From contig JAGRFQ010000028.1 of the NCBI GenBank assembly GCA_020445945.1, forward strand, positions 28,680-92,679: a DNA stretch of 64,000 nucleotides, read 5' to 3'. Shown here piece after piece: positions 48,583-60,055 of the stretch (position 1 is the first letter of the stretch; each line of letters begins with the position of its first letter). A model generated the notes under the pieces. It was given only the letters and a program-made list of their open reading frames with translations. It was not told the origin of the DNA and did no database searches. The stretch is from Rhodocyclaceae bacterium (GTDB lineage Bacteria; Pseudomonadota; Gammaproteobacteria; Burkholderiales; Rhodocyclaceae). The translations under genes and the position numbers were made by a program.

Positions 48583-49104
48583 ATGCAGTTTCAGCCAGCC
48601 GCAACGCCGGGCAACGCCTGGCACGACGAAGAAATCGCGGCCGACGAATTCCTCACCTTTACGCTGGGCGGCGAGGAGTACGCCATCGACATTCTCAAGG
48701 TGCAGGAGATTCGTGGCTACGACGCGGTCACCAGCATTGCCAACGCGCCGCGTTTCATCAAGGGGGTCATCAACCTGCGCGGCACCATCGTGCCGATCGT
48801 CGATCTGCGCATCAAATTCGGCGTCGGCGAGGTGACCTACACGGCGTTTACCGTGGTCATCATTCTGAATGTGGCCGAGCGCGTGGTCGGTATCGTGGTC
48901 GACAGCGTCTCCGATGTGCTGGCCCTGCCCGCCGCGGCGATTCGCCCGGCGCCCGACTTTGCCGCCCAGGTCGGCGCGGCCTACATCCTAGGGCTGGGCA
49001 CGCTCGATGCGCGGATGCTGATTCTGGTCGACATCGAGCGCCTGCTGCTCTCGCCCGACATGGCGCTGGTCGACGATGACGCATCCGCCGAGGTGGCCGC
49101 CTGA
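48583..49104 (+). CDS. cheW: chemotaxis coupling protein CheW
   Basis: [23 protein letters not shown]; [17 protein letters not shown]; [10 protein letters not shown]. Confidence 0.95.
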   Translation: MQFQPAATPGNAWHDEEIAADEFLTFTLGGEEYAIDILKVQEIRGYDAVTSIANAPRFIKGVINLRGTIVPIVDLRIKFGVGEVTYTAFTVVIILNVAERVVGIVVDSVSDVLALPAAAIRPAPDFAAQVGAAYILGLGTLDARMLILVDIERLLLSPDMALVDDDASAEVAA

Positions 49105-49119
49105 TTCAAGGAGTGCGAG

Positions 49120-52100
49120 ATGAGTGGTTCAACGCCATCAATGCCGGCAAGCAGCTGGCTCGAACGCCGGCTCGGGCGCTTCAGCCTGTCCGGCAAGGTC
49201 GGGCTGATGGGGACGGTGCTGCTGGCTTTGTCGCTGATGCTTGCCGCGTTGCTGATGGGGCTGCACTGGCAGGCCCTCGAACGGGCTGAACGCGAACAGC
49301 TGGGTGTCGACGCGGCGCGGCCGATGATCGGGCTGATCGATGCCGTACAGCGCCATCGCGGGCAGCGCAGCCGCTGGCTCAATGGCGAGCAGAGCGCCGT
49401 CGGCGACGTTGCCGCAATGCGCACCCTGGTCGACCAGGCCATCGCCCAGGCCGACGCCGGCCTCGGCACCCTCGTCGATACGCTGGCGATGCGCGAGGCG
49501 TGGGCCGGCCTGAAGACGCGTTGGGGCGCCTTGCGCGAGGCGCGCCCCAGCGCCGCGGAGGACTTCGCGCAGCATTCGGCCTGGATCGACGATGCCATTG
49601 CCTTCATCGTACTGGCGGCGGACCGCTCGGGGCTGAGCTTCCACGCCTCGGTCGATGCCTATTATCTGAAAGAAGTGGTGGTTTTCGGCCTGCCGAGCCT
49701 GATCGAAAGTGCCGGCGTGGCACGCGGGTTGAGCGCCGGGCTGGCCGCGCGCGGGCAGCTCTCCAGCGCCGAGCGCGTTCGTCTGGGGGCCGCGCTGGCG
49801 CGGCTTGATGCCCGGCATACCGCGCTGGCGGTTGCGCTGAGCAAGGCCGGTGCGGTCAACCCGCAACTGCGCGCCACGCTGGAGGCGCGCAAGCGCGCCC
49901 TTGAGGCGGCGGTTGCCGCGCTGAGCGATGCACTGAGCACCCATATTGTCGATGCGCCGACGCTTGGCATCGACAGCGCGCGCGCGTTCTCGGTGGGAAC
50001 CACGGTGGTCGATGCGGGTTACGCCCTGTGGCGGGACAGTCTCGACAGCCTGGCGGCAGCGCTGGCGGAGCATGCCGGGCAGCGGTCCCGCGCGCTGCTG
50101 CAGATCGGTCTGCTGGTGCTGGTGCTGCTGATGTTCAGCGCGGTGTTGTTTCGTACGATCAGCCGCGCCATCGGCCGTTCGGCCGGAATCATCTCAAGTG
50201 GCGCGAAGCGCTTTGCGGCGGACGACCTCGACCAGGACGTGCGGGTTGCCGGGCGCGACGAATTTGCCAGCATCGCCGATTCGCTCAATCGCATGCGCAG
50301 GGCGCTGGCCGCCAACCGCGAGGCCGAGCAGGCGCTCGCGCGGGAGAACCTGCGGATTCGCGAGGCGCTGGATGTGGTGAACACCAACATGCGCATCGCC
50401 GATGTGGATGGCACCGTGGTCTACGCCAACCGGGCGATGCTCGAAACCTTGCGGCGTGAAGAGGCCAACATTGCCAAGACCGTGCCGGGGTTTTCGGCGG
50501 CCGGTTTTGTCGGCTCCAATGTGGGGATGTTCTACCCGCCGGAGATTGCGGCGTCCAAGGTGGCCTATCTGGCCGCCCTGAACGCGCCCGAACGCTTCGA
50601 GTTGGAGATCGGCGGGCGCTTGTATGCAATGACCGTCAGCCCGGTGATCGGCGAGAACGGCGAGCGGGTCGGGACGGTGGCCGAGTGGCACGACCGGACC
50701 GCCGAGGTGGCCGCCGAGCGCGAGGTGACGGGCTTGGTCGAGGCGGCCGGCGATGGCGATTTCTCGCGGCGCATCGCGCTCGCCGGCAAGCACGGCTTTT
50801 TCCGCCAGACCGCCGAGGGCATCAACCGCTTGATGGGGGTGATGTCGGCGGCGATCGAGGATGTGGCGCGGGTGCTGGCCGCGGTGGCCGGGGGCGACCT
50901 GAGCCAGAAGATCGAGGCTGAGTATCTGGGCACCATCGGCGAGCTCAAGGACAGCGTCAACAAGACGGTCGAGCAGTTGCGCGAGGTGGTCGGCCAGATC
51001 CAGCGTTCGACCGATGTGATCAGCGCCGCGGCCGGCGAGATCGCGACCGGCAACAACGACTTGTCGATCCGCACCGAGACCCAGGCGATCTCGCTCGGGC
51101 GCACCGCCAGTTCGCTCGAGGAGCTCAGCGTGACGGTGGCGCACAACGCCGACAGCGCGCGCGAAGCCAGCGAGCTGGCGGCGAGTTCGAACGCGGTGGC
51201 CGAGGCCGGGGGCGACAAGATGGTGCGGGTGGTGGGCACCATGGGCGACATCCAGGCTGCCGCGCGGCGTATCGGCGACATCATCGCGGTGATCGACGCG
51301 ATCGCCTTTCAGACCAACATCCTGGCACTCAATGCCGCGGTGGAGGCGGCCCGCGCGGGTGACCAGGGGCGCGGTTTTGCGGTGGTGGCCTCGGAGGTGC
51401 GCGGGCTGGCCCAGCGCAGCGCCCAGGCGGCACGCGAGATCAAGACGCTGATTACCGAATCGGTCGAGAAGGTGGAGGGCGGTGTAGCGCTGGTGAGCGA
51501 TGCGGGCCAGACCATGGATGAGGTGGTCAGCAACTCGCAGCGCCTCCGCGCGCTGGTCAATGACATCAGCCAGGCCACCCGCGAGCAGCGCAGCGGCATC
51601 GAGGAGGTGGCCCGTGCAGTGAGCGAGATGGACCAGATCACCCAGCAGAACGCGGCACTGGTGGAGGAGGCCGCGGCGGGTACCGAGGGGCTGGCGTCGC
51701 AGGCCGAGGAGTTGCGTCAGCAGGTGGCGCTGTTCCGGCTCGCCGACGGCGGCGCGGCGCAGGCGGAAATCGACGCGCTCGATGTCGACGCGGTGATCGG
51801 CACGCATCTGCGCTGGCGCCAGCGATTGAGCGCGTATCTGAAAGGGGTGGGTGAAACGCTGGACGCGGAAGAGGTTGGCTGCGATTCGGCGTGCACGCTG
51901 GGTCGCTGGATCTACGGCCCGGGCGCGCGTCTGGGGCGTGACGCCGAGATCGAACGGCTGCGCGCGGTGCACGCCCGCTTCCAAGTGTGCGCGCAAGACG
52001 TGGTTGAACGCCATCAGGCCGGCGATTCGGCGGGGGCCCAGCGGGTGCTCGACAGCGCGTTCGCGGTGCTTGCCGAAGAGGTGGTCAAGTGCCTGCGGTC

Positions 52101-52152
52101 CTTCAAGTCGCAAGGGGGTGAGGCCGGGCGAAAATTTGTGCGGGTGGCGTAG
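49120..52152 (+). CDS. chemoreceptor: TM - NIT-like periplasmic domain - TM - HAMP - Aer2-type PAS - HAMP - MCP signal - CZB
   Basis: QRHRG and YYL...LP.L.E..G..RG (NIT-like); 'IAD..G.VVYAN...EW.DRT' PAS; [20 protein letters not shown]; C-terminal H.W...C.LG.W...H. Confidence 0.88.
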   Translation: MSGSTPSMPASSWLERRLGRFSLSGKVGLMGTVLLALSLMLAALLMGLHWQALERAEREQLGVDAARPMIGLIDAVQRHRGQRSRWLNGEQSAVGDVAAMRTLVDQAIAQADAGLGTLVDTLAMREAWAGLKTRWGALREARPSAAEDFAQHSAWIDDAIAFIVLAADRSGLSFHASVDAYYLKEVVVFGLPSLIESAGVARGLSAGLAARGQLSSAERVRLGAALARLDARHTALAVALSKAGAVNPQLRATLEARKRALEAAVAALSDALSTHIVDAPTLGIDSARAFSVGTTVVDAGYALWRDSLDSLAAALAEHAGQRSRALLQIGLLVLVLLMFSAVLFRTISRAIGRSAGIISSGAKRFAADDLDQDVRVAGRDEFASIADSLNRMRRALAANREAEQALARENLRIREALDVVNTNMRIADVDGTVVYANRAMLETLRREEANIAKTVPGFSAAGFVGSNVGMFYPPEIAASKVAYLAALNAPERFELEIGGRLYAMTVSPVIGENGERVGTVAEWHDRTAEVAAEREVTGLVEAAGDGDFSRRIALAGKHGFFRQTAEGINRLMGVMSAAIEDVARVLAAVAGGDLSQKIEAEYLGTIGELKDSVNKTVEQLREVVGQIQRSTDVISAAAGEIATGNNDLSIRTETQAISLGRTASSLEELSVTVAHNADSAREASELAASSNAVAEAGGDKMVRVVGTMGDIQAAARRIGDIIAVIDAIAFQTNILALNAAVEAARAGDQGRGFAVVASEVRGLAQRSAQAAREIKTLITESVEKVEGGVALVSDAGQTMDEVVSNSQRLRALVNDISQATREQRSGIEEVARAVSEMDQITQQNAALVEEAAAGTEGLASQAEELRQQVALFRLADGGAAQAEIDALDVDAVIGTHLRWRQRLSAYLKGVGETLDAEEVGCDSACTLGRWIYGPGARLGRDAEIERLRAVHARFQVCAQDVVERHQAGDSAGAQRVLDSAFAVLAEEVVKCLRSFKSQGGEAGRKFVRVA

Positions 52153-52163
52153 CCGCAGGGTGG

Positions 52164-52190
52164 TCAAGCTGGCGCGCAAACGGCCGTAGA
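52164..52190 (+). promoter_or_regulatory. sigma28 promoter of the Aer-like receptor/cheRDB
   Basis: TCAA-gctggcgcgcaaacg (N15)-GCCGTAGA. Confidence 0.62.
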
Positions 52191-52255
52191 TACATTGAAG
52201 CCTGTCGGTGCCAGCCCAGTCGGCGCGCCGACAGACAGTACAGCAAGGGACCCCA

Positions 52256-55114
52256 ATGAAGATCAACAAGCCGGTGACCGATCATGAGGTAGAGCTCACC
52301 GATGCGCACTCGATCGTGTCGAGGACCGACCTCAAGGGCCGAATCACCTACATCAACCGGGATTTCGTCGAGGTCAGCGGTTTTTCCGAGAAAGAGCTGA
52401 TCGGCCAGCCGCACAACATCGTGCGTCACCCCGACATGCCGGCCGAAGCATTCGGCGATCTGTGGCGCAATCTCAAGGCCGGCCGGCCGTGGACCGGCTA
52501 TATCAAGAATCGCTGCAAGAACGGCGACCACTACTGGGTGCTGGCCAATGTCACGCCGGTGCGCGAGCGCGGCGAGGTGGTGGGTTACATGTCGGTGCGC
52601 ACGCGGGCGACGCGCCAGTCGATTGCGCAGGCCGAGACCGACTACCGGGCGTTCCGCGACGGGACCGCCGCCGGGCTGGCGATGCGCGACGGCAAGGTCG
52701 TGCGCGCGGGGTTTTCGTTCGGGCGCTGGTTTGCGCGGGTGTCGATCCGCCACAAGATGTTCGCGGTTGCGGCGGTGCTCGGTGTGTTCATGGCGGCCAT
52801 CGGTGGGGTTGCCCTGGTGGGCATGAAGGGCCAGGAGCAGGCACTGGGCCACGTGTATGAAACCCGCCTGGTGGCCTTGAGTCATCTCAAGGTGGTGGCC
52901 GATGAATACGCGGTCGACATCGTCGATACGACCCACAAGGTCCGCGACGGTAACATCGCTTTCGCCGAGGGTCTGGCGCGCATCGAGGCGGCGCAGGCGC
53001 AGATTGCGATGCACTGGCGTTCGTATGTGGCCCAGCCCCACAGCGCGGCGATGCGTGCTCACGTGGACGATTCGTGGCAGTACTTGCGCGGCGCGGATGC
53101 CGCGGTCGAGCAGATCAAGGCCTTGCTGCGACGCGAAGATGGCGAGGCATTGCATGCGTTTGTAGCCAGCCGGCTGTATCCGGCGATCGAGCCGGTGTCG
53201 ACGGCGGTGGGCGGACTTGTCGAGCGCGAGATCGCCGAATCCTCGGCCGATGTCAGCGCTGCGGCTGCCCGCGCGCTGCGCATCGATGGGGTCGTGATCG
53301 CCATGATCGGGCTGGGGCTCGTTCTCGCCGTGGGGGCCGGGCTGCTGCTGTTGCGGGTGGTCTTGCGGCCGGTCGACACCGCCTACGCGGCGCTGATCGA
53401 GATGAGCAGCGGGCGCCTCGACACGGTGATCGACACCACCCGGCATGACGAGATGGGGCGCATTCTCGACGCGGCCAAGTCGATGCAGATCAAGGTCGGC
53501 TTCGACATGAGCGAAGCGCGCCGGGTGGGCGAGCAGAGCCGGCGCATCCAGATCGGGCTCGACAATGTCGCCACCAGCGTGATGATCGTGAATCGCGATC
53601 TCGACATCATCTACCTGAACCGCGCGGTCGAAAAAATGTTCGCCCAGACCGAAGCCGGCCTGCGCGAGGTGCTGCCGCAGTTTTCGGCCCAGGCCTTGAT
53701 GGGGGCGAATCTGGGTATTTTCGGCAGCGATGAGCTCTTTGCGCGGCGCGAGCTCGAACACCTGCGCGACACGCGCCGCTCGACGCTCGAGCTGGGCGCG
53801 CACACCTTCACGCTGGCGGTCACGCCGGTGCTCGACGACGCTGGTGCGCGGCTGGGCACGGCGCTCGAATGGGTGGATCGCACCAGCGAAGTGGCGGTGG
53901 AGAAAGAAGTGGCAGGTCTCGTCGATGCCGCTGCGGCGGGCGATTTTACCCGGCGTCTGCCGAGCGACGACAAGCGCGGCTTCCTGCGCCACCTGTCCGA
54001 CGGGCTGAACCGCCTGATGGAGATCATTTCGGGCGGCTTGACCGACGTCGCTTCGGCGCTCAACGCGGTCGCGCGTGGCGACCTTACCGCCACCATCGGC
54101 ACCGACTACGCCGGCACCTTCGGCCAGTTGAAGCACGACACCAACACCACGGTCGAGCGTCTGCGCGAGATTGTCGGCCAGATCAAGGAGACCTCCGAGG
54201 CGATCAATACCGCGGCGAGCGAGATCTCCGCGGGCAACGCCGACCTGTCGCATCGCACCGAAAAGCAGGCCGCTTCGCTGGAGGAGACGGCCAGCTCAAT
54301 GGAACAGATCAACGCGACCGTGCGAATGAGCGCCGACAACGCGCGCAAGGCCAACGAATTGGCCCAGGAATCGAATGTGGTGGCCGAGCGCAGCGGCCAC
54401 AAGATGAGCGAGGCGATGGCCACCATGGCCGAAATCCAGGCCTCCGCCAAGCGCATCGCCGACATCATCGGGGTGATCGACTCGATCGCCTTCCAGACCA
54501 ACATCCTGGCGCTCAACGCGGCGGTCGAAGCCGCCCGCGCCGGTGAGCAGGGGCGCGGTTTCGCGGTGGTGGCTTCCGAGGTGCGCGGGCTGGCGCAGCG
54601 CAGTGCGCAGGCCGCCAAGGAGATCAAGACCCTGATCTCGGAATCGACCGACAAGATCGAAAGCGGCGCGGGCATGGTCAACGATGCCGGCGACACACTG
54701 GACCGGGTGGTCGACAATTTCAAACACCTCGCAGCGCTGGTGACCGAAATCAGTACCGCCAGCCGCGAGCAGGCCGAGGGGGTGGGGCAGGTCACCAACG
54801 CGGTGTCGCAGATGGATGAGGCGACGCAGCAGAACGCGTCGCTGGTTGAAGAGGCCGCGGCGGCTGCGGAGAGCCTGGAAGACCAGGCGCGCTCGCTGGT
54901 CGAGGCGGTGGCCATTTTCCGTCTTTCGGCGGATGAGGCGGAGGCACAGCCGGCGCCTGCCGCGGGCCCCCGGCCTGCCGCGCCGCGCAAGGCCAAGGTG
55001 TCGACACTGCCGCTGCGCCCGCCGCCACCGCGCACCGCACGCCACGATCAGGCCGCGCCGCTGCCCAAGGTCAAGCGCAGCGCCGGGCTCGATGATGAGT
55101 GGGAGGAGTTCTGA
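52256..55114 (+). CDS. chemoreceptor: Aer-type PAS - TM - 4HB - TM - HAMP - Aer2-type PAS - HAMP - MCP signal - EWEEF pentapeptide
   Basis: N-terminal TDLKG.ITY.N..F..VSGF...ELIGQPHNIVRHPDMP..AF.DLW..L..G.PW.G..KNRCKNGDHYWV (Aer PAS); periplasmic four-helix bundle; second PAS; C-terminal DDEWEEF. Confidence 0.9.
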   Translation: MKINKPVTDHEVELTDAHSIVSRTDLKGRITYINRDFVEVSGFSEKELIGQPHNIVRHPDMPAEAFGDLWRNLKAGRPWTGYIKNRCKNGDHYWVLANVTPVRERGEVVGYMSVRTRATRQSIAQAETDYRAFRDGTAAGLAMRDGKVVRAGFSFGRWFARVSIRHKMFAVAAVLGVFMAAIGGVALVGMKGQEQALGHVYETRLVALSHLKVVADEYAVDIVDTTHKVRDGNIAFAEGLARIEAAQAQIAMHWRSYVAQPHSAAMRAHVDDSWQYLRGADAAVEQIKALLRREDGEALHAFVASRLYPAIEPVSTAVGGLVEREIAESSADVSAAAARALRIDGVVIAMIGLGLVLAVGAGLLLLRVVLRPVDTAYAALIEMSSGRLDTVIDTTRHDEMGRILDAAKSMQIKVGFDMSEARRVGEQSRRIQIGLDNVATSVMIVNRDLDIIYLNRAVEKMFAQTEAGLREVLPQFSAQALMGANLGIFGSDELFARRELEHLRDTRRSTLELGAHTFTLAVTPVLDDAGARLGTALEWVDRTSEVAVEKEVAGLVDAAAAGDFTRRLPSDDKRGFLRHLSDGLNRLMEIISGGLTDVASALNAVARGDLTATIGTDYAGTFGQLKHDTNTTVERLREIVGQIKETSEAINTAASEISAGNADLSHRTEKQAASLEETASSMEQINATVRMSADNARKANELAQESNVVAERSGHKMSEAMATMAEIQASAKRIADIIGVIDSIAFQTNILALNAAVEAARAGEQGRGFAVVASEVRGLAQRSAQAAKEIKTLISESTDKIESGAGMVNDAGDTLDRVVDNFKHLAALVTEISTASREQAEGVGQVTNAVSQMDEATQQNASLVEEAAAAAESLEDQARSLVEAVAIFRLSADEAEAQPAPAAGPRPAAPRKAKVSTLPLRPPPPRTARHDQAAPLPKVKRSAGLDDEWEEF

Positions 55115-55116
55115 CC

Positions 55117-55996
<880 letters not shown>

Positions 55997-56013
<17 letters not shown>

Positions 56014-56617
56014 GTCGCTGTTCACCGAGCATCTGGCGGGCAACCGCTATTTCGACCGCAGTTTCGCGATCGACGCCGTCAAGGTGCTGCCGGGCGAATA
56101 CTTCGTGACCGCGAAGAACGAGGTGCTGGTGACCGTGCTCGGCTCCTGCGTGTCGGCCTGCATTCGCGACCGCTGTCGCGGCATTGGCGGGATGAACCAT
56201 TTCATGCTGCCGGTGCGCGGCGATGCCGATCCGCTGATGTCGGCCTCGGCGCGTTACGGCATCTTTGCCATGGAGGTGTTGATCAACCACCTGCTCAAGC
56301 TCGGCGCACGGCGCGAAGATCTGGAAGCCAAGGTGTTTGGCGGCGGTCGCGTGGTGGCCTCGCTCAGCGGCTGCGATGTGGGCGAGCGCAACGTTGCGTT
56401 CGTGCGTGCCTATCTGGCGCGTGAGCGCATCGCGCTGGTGGCCGAAGACCTGCTCGATGTGCATCCGCGCAAGGTCTATTTCTTTCCGCTCTCCGGGCGG
56501 GTGATGATGAAAAAACTGGTGCTCGAGCGCAACGATTGCGTCGTCGATCGCGAGCGCGCCTACGCCAGACAACTGCGCGACACGCCGGTCTCCGGCGATG
56601 TCGAGCTGTTCCGGTGA
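55997..56617 (+). CDS. cheD: chemoreceptor glutamine deamidase CheD
   Basis: [38 protein letters not shown]. Confidence 0.95.
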
Positions 56618-56627
56618 GGCGCCGGCG

Positions 56628-57722
56628 ATGACGATCAAGGTCCTCGTCTGCGATGACTCGGCGCTGGTGCGCGTGCTGCTCACCACCGTGATCAACGCCC
56701 GGTCCGACATGACGGTGGTCGGTTGCGCGCCCGATGCGCTCGCGGCGCGGGAAATGATCAAGTCACTCAACCCCGATGTGCTGACGCTCGATATCGAGAT
56801 GCCGCGCATGGACGGGCTCGATTTCCTCGAAAAATTGATGCGCCTGCGGCCGATGCCGGTGGTGATGATCTCCAGCCTCACCGCGCGTGGGTCGGACGCC
56901 GCGCTCAAGGCGCTCGAACTCGGCGCGGTGGACTTCGTGGCCAAGCCGGTGGCGACCGATCCGCGCGCATTGGCAAACAGTGGCGACGAAATCTGCGACA
57001 AGCTCCGCGCGGCCTACAAGGCGCAGGTGGCCCGCTTGCGCGAGGTGCCGGGTGCGACCGAGGCGCGCGCGACACCGGCGCTGCCCTCGCGCCTGCTCGA
57101 CGAGCGCCTGATCTGCATCGGGGCGTCGACCGGTGGCACCGAGGCGATTCGCGAAGTGCTCATCCACCTGCCCGCGCAGTGCCCGCCGGTGCTGCTGGTG
57201 CAACACATGCCGGAGATGTTTACCGGCTCGTTCGCGCGGCGCCTCGACGGCGTATGCACGCTTCACGTCAAGGAGGCCGAGCACGGCGAACCGCTTCGCC
57301 CCGGGGTGGCCTATCTCGCCCCCGGCCACTCGCATCTGACGCTCACCTCCAGGGGCGGGCGGTATTGCTGCGCGCTCTCCCAGAGCGAGCCCGTCAACCG
57401 CCACCGCCCCGCGGTGGATGTGCTGTTCAATAGCGTCGCGGCGTGCGCCGGGCGGGCCGCGCTGGGCGTGCTGCTCACCGGCATGGGCAAGGACGGCGCG
57501 CGCGGTCTGCTGGCGATGCGTGCTGCCGGGGCGTGGACCGTGGCGCAGGACGAGGACTCGTGCGTGGTGTACGGCATGCCGCGCGAGGCGGCACATATCG
57601 GCGCCGCGGTGGAGGTGGCGCCGCTCAAGGACATTGCACCGCGTGTGCTCAATCAACTACTGCGCGGCGATGGCGCTTTGCGCCTCGGGCCGCGCACCGA
57701 ATCAGCGACAAAAGTGAGGTGA
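56628..57722 (+). CDS. cheB: chemotaxis methylesterase CheB
   Basis: REC ([10 protein letters not shown]) plus [29 protein letters not shown]. Confidence 0.96.
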   Translation: MTIKVLVCDDSALVRVLLTTVINARSDMTVVGCAPDALAAREMIKSLNPDVLTLDIEMPRMDGLDFLEKLMRLRPMPVVMISSLTARGSDAALKALELGAVDFVAKPVATDPRALANSGDEICDKLRAAYKAQVARLREVPGATEARATPALPSRLLDERLICIGASTGGTEAIREVLIHLPAQCPPVLLVQHMPEMFTGSFARRLDGVCTLHVKEAEHGEPLRPGVAYLAPGHSHLTLTSRGGRYCCALSQSEPVNRHRPAVDVLFNSVAACAGRAALGVLLTGMGKDGARGLLAMRAAGAWTVAQDEDSCVVYGMPREAAHIGAAVEVAPLKDIAPRVLNQLLRGDGALRLGPRTESATKVR

Positions 57723-57726
57723 TGAC

Positions 57727-58026
57727 ATGGAAGTAACGGTGACCAGGAGCGCTGATGGCGCGCAGATCAAGCTCAACGGGCGCTTCGACTTCAACGCCCA
57801 CCGCGAATTTCGCGACGGGGTTGACCGGGTCTTGAAGGAGAACGGCCGGGTGGATGTGGATCTGGCCGACGTGGCCTACCTCGACAGTTCGGCGCTGGGC
57901 ATGCTGCTGATGCTGCGTGACAAGGCCAAGGGCGGGAACCGCGAGGTGCGCCTGGTCAATGCGCGCGGCAGCGTGCGCCAGGTGCTCGACATCGCCAATT
58001 TCGGCAAGCTGTTTGCCATCCCCTGA
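57727..58026 (+). CDS. STAS-domain anti-anti-sigma factor, HsbA-like
   Basis: GRFDF.AH..FRD...DL....YLDSSALGMLL.LRD...L.I.NF..LF, closely resembling Pseudomonas HsbA as recalled. Confidence 0.85.
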   Translation: MEVTVTRSADGAQIKLNGRFDFNAHREFRDGVDRVLKENGRVDVDLADVAYLDSSALGMLLMLRDKAKGGNREVRLVNARGSVRQVLDIANFGKLFAIP

Positions 58027-58185
58027 GTGCGGCGGGCGTTTGCGTCCGCAAGCCTCGCGCGGGGGTGTCACCGGCCCGGTGGCGGGAGACGGCATGGCGT
58101 GGTGTGCGCCATGCCGTTGTTTTTTCAGGCGCGCGGGGCCCCCCGCGATGGCAGGACCATCCGGCGGCGCGGTGGGCGCCGTCCC

Positions 58186-58212
58186 TAAAGAAAATAGCCC
58201 CCCGACCGTAAT
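58186..58212 (+). promoter_or_regulatory. sigma28 promoter of downstream MCP
   Basis: TAAA-gaaaatagccccccg (N15)-ACCGTAAT. Confidence 0.68.
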
Positions 58213-58283
58213 GCGGCTTATCGGCTCTCGCGTCGGCACCGGCGTCGCGATGGGTCCAACCGGAAGTGGTGGAGGAAGGAGTC

Positions 58284-59963
58284 ATGGGGATATACCTCGT
58301 GTTGGCGCTCACGGGCGTTGCGATTGCCGCCGCGGGCATTGGCGCTGCGCTGATCGGCGGCGGGACATTGTCGGCCAGCCTGGTCGGGGCCAACCTGCTT
58401 GGCGGGGCGGTGATTGCCGCGGCCCTCGGTGCGCTGTTGCGCAGCCGGATTCTGGCGCCGCTGGCGTCGCTGACCCAGACCTTTGTGCATATGCACCACA
58501 ACGGCGACCTGTCGCACCGGGTGTCGCTGGGGGCGGGACCGGTGGGGCTGTGTGGCGAGCGCTTCAATGAGTTGATCGAGAGTTTCCAGGGCATCATCGG
58601 CAAGGTCATCTTCGACGCCGACCGGGTGGCCAATACCGCCGACAAGCTGTCGGCTCATGCCAGCACCGTGGCGCAGGGCTCGCGGGCGCAGCGCACGGCG
58701 TCGGAGACCATGGCGCGCAGCATCGAGGACATGACGGCCGGCGTCAATGCGGTGGCCGAGCATGCCAGCCAGACCGCAAAGAACGCCCAACAGGCGCGCG
58801 AGCTGTCGCTCGAAGGCGGCAAGATCGTGTCGCAGGCGTCGGACGAGATTGAGCGGATCGCGCGTTCGGTAGAGCAGTCGGCGCAGGTCATCGGTGCGCT
58901 GGGCGAGCGCTCGGAGGCGATCAGCGGCATCGTCAAGGTGATTCGCGAGATCGCCGACCAGACCAATCTGCTGGCACTCAACGCGGCCATCGAGGCGGCG
59001 CGCGCCGGCGAGCAGGGGCGGGGTTTCGCGGTGGTGGCCGACGAGGTGCGCAAGCTGGCCGAGCGCACCTCGAGCGCGACCACCGAGATCAGCACCATGA
59101 TCGAGGCGATCCAGGACGAGACGCAGTCCGCCATCGGGTCGATCGAGGAAGGGAGCGAGCAGGCACGCAGCGGTGCCTCGCTGGCCCGCCAGGCGGCCGA
59201 TGCGCTGGAGAAGATCAATGTCGGTGCCACCGAGACGATGGAGAAAATCGACGCCATCGCGACGTCGATTTCGGCACAGAGCCGCGAGGCCGACGGGGTG
59301 GTGTGCAACGTGCGCGAGATCATGTCGATGGTCGAGCAGAACTCGACGGGCGCGTCCAACACGCTGGAAGAGGCCAAGCGGCTGGAGTCGCTGGCGGCCA
59401 ATCTGCACGAGGTGAGCAAGGTGTTCCGTCTGGGGCAGGCCGGCGAGCAGGCGATGGACATTCATGGGCGCATGCCGGCGCTGGTCACCTCCTCGGCGCG
59501 GGCCGTCGGACGTGCGCTGGAGAGCGCGGTGGCGCAGGGGCGGATCGATATCGACAAGCTGTTCGACAGCAAGTATGACCCGATCCCCAATACCAAACCG
59601 CAGAAATTCAAGACCGCTTTCGACGCGCTCACCGACGAGCTGTTCCCGTCATTGCAGGAGGGCGTGCTCAGCAGCAACAGCGAGGTGGTGTATGCCATTG
59701 GCTGCGATCTGCGCGGCTATGTGCCGACCCACAACAACACGTTCTGCAAGCCGCTGACCGGCGACTACGAGGTCGACTTCGTGGGCAACCGCACCAAGCG
59801 CATCTTTGATGACCCGGTGGGCAAGCAGTGTGGCGCGCATGAGCTCGAGTTCCTGATCCAGACCTACCGTCGCGACACCGGCGAGATCATGCACGACGTG
59901 TCGGCGCCGGTGTATGTGAATGGCCGCCACTGGGGCGGTTTCCGCATCGGCTACCGCGCCTAA
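58284..59963 (+). CDS. chemoreceptor with TM hairpin, HAMP, MCP signal and extra C-terminal domain
   Basis: [40 protein letters not shown]; C-terminal D.RGY.PTHN...NRTKRIFDD...[23 protein letters not shown]. Confidence 0.92.
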   Translation: MGIYLVLALTGVAIAAAGIGAALIGGGTLSASLVGANLLGGAVIAAALGALLRSRILAPLASLTQTFVHMHHNGDLSHRVSLGAGPVGLCGERFNELIESFQGIIGKVIFDADRVANTADKLSAHASTVAQGSRAQRTASETMARSIEDMTAGVNAVAEHASQTAKNAQQARELSLEGGKIVSQASDEIERIARSVEQSAQVIGALGERSEAISGIVKVIREIADQTNLLALNAAIEAARAGEQGRGFAVVADEVRKLAERTSSATTEISTMIEAIQDETQSAIGSIEEGSEQARSGASLARQAADALEKINVGATETMEKIDAIATSISAQSREADGVVCNVREIMSMVEQNSTGASNTLEEAKRLESLAANLHEVSKVFRLGQAGEQAMDIHGRMPALVTSSARAVGRALESAVAQGRIDIDKLFDSKYDPIPNTKPQKFKTAFDALTDELFPSLQEGVLSSNSEVVYAIGCDLRGYVPTHNNTFCKPLTGDYEVDFVGNRTKRIFDDPVGKQCGAHELEFLIQTYRRDTGEIMHDVSAPVYVNGRHWGGFRIGYRA

Positions 59964-59988
59964 AGGAAGAATGGAACCATGCCGTTAG
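59961..59988 (+). promoter_or_regulatory. possible sigma28 promoter of cheV-cheV-cheY-cheZ-cheA
   Basis: TAAA (the MCP stop codon)-N16-GCCGTTAG; spacer one nt longer than the others. Confidence 0.45.
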
Positions 59989-60055
59989 TAGTGGCGAAAC
60001 CGGTTACCAATGCACCTCGCAGGCGGGCTTCCGGGCGCGCCGTCGGAGAGATGAA

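Noticed and set aside
51290-54640. Near-identical DNA stretches between the MCP genes
   Set aside because: Explained by the conserved MCP signalling-tip sequence, not a mobile or repeat element.
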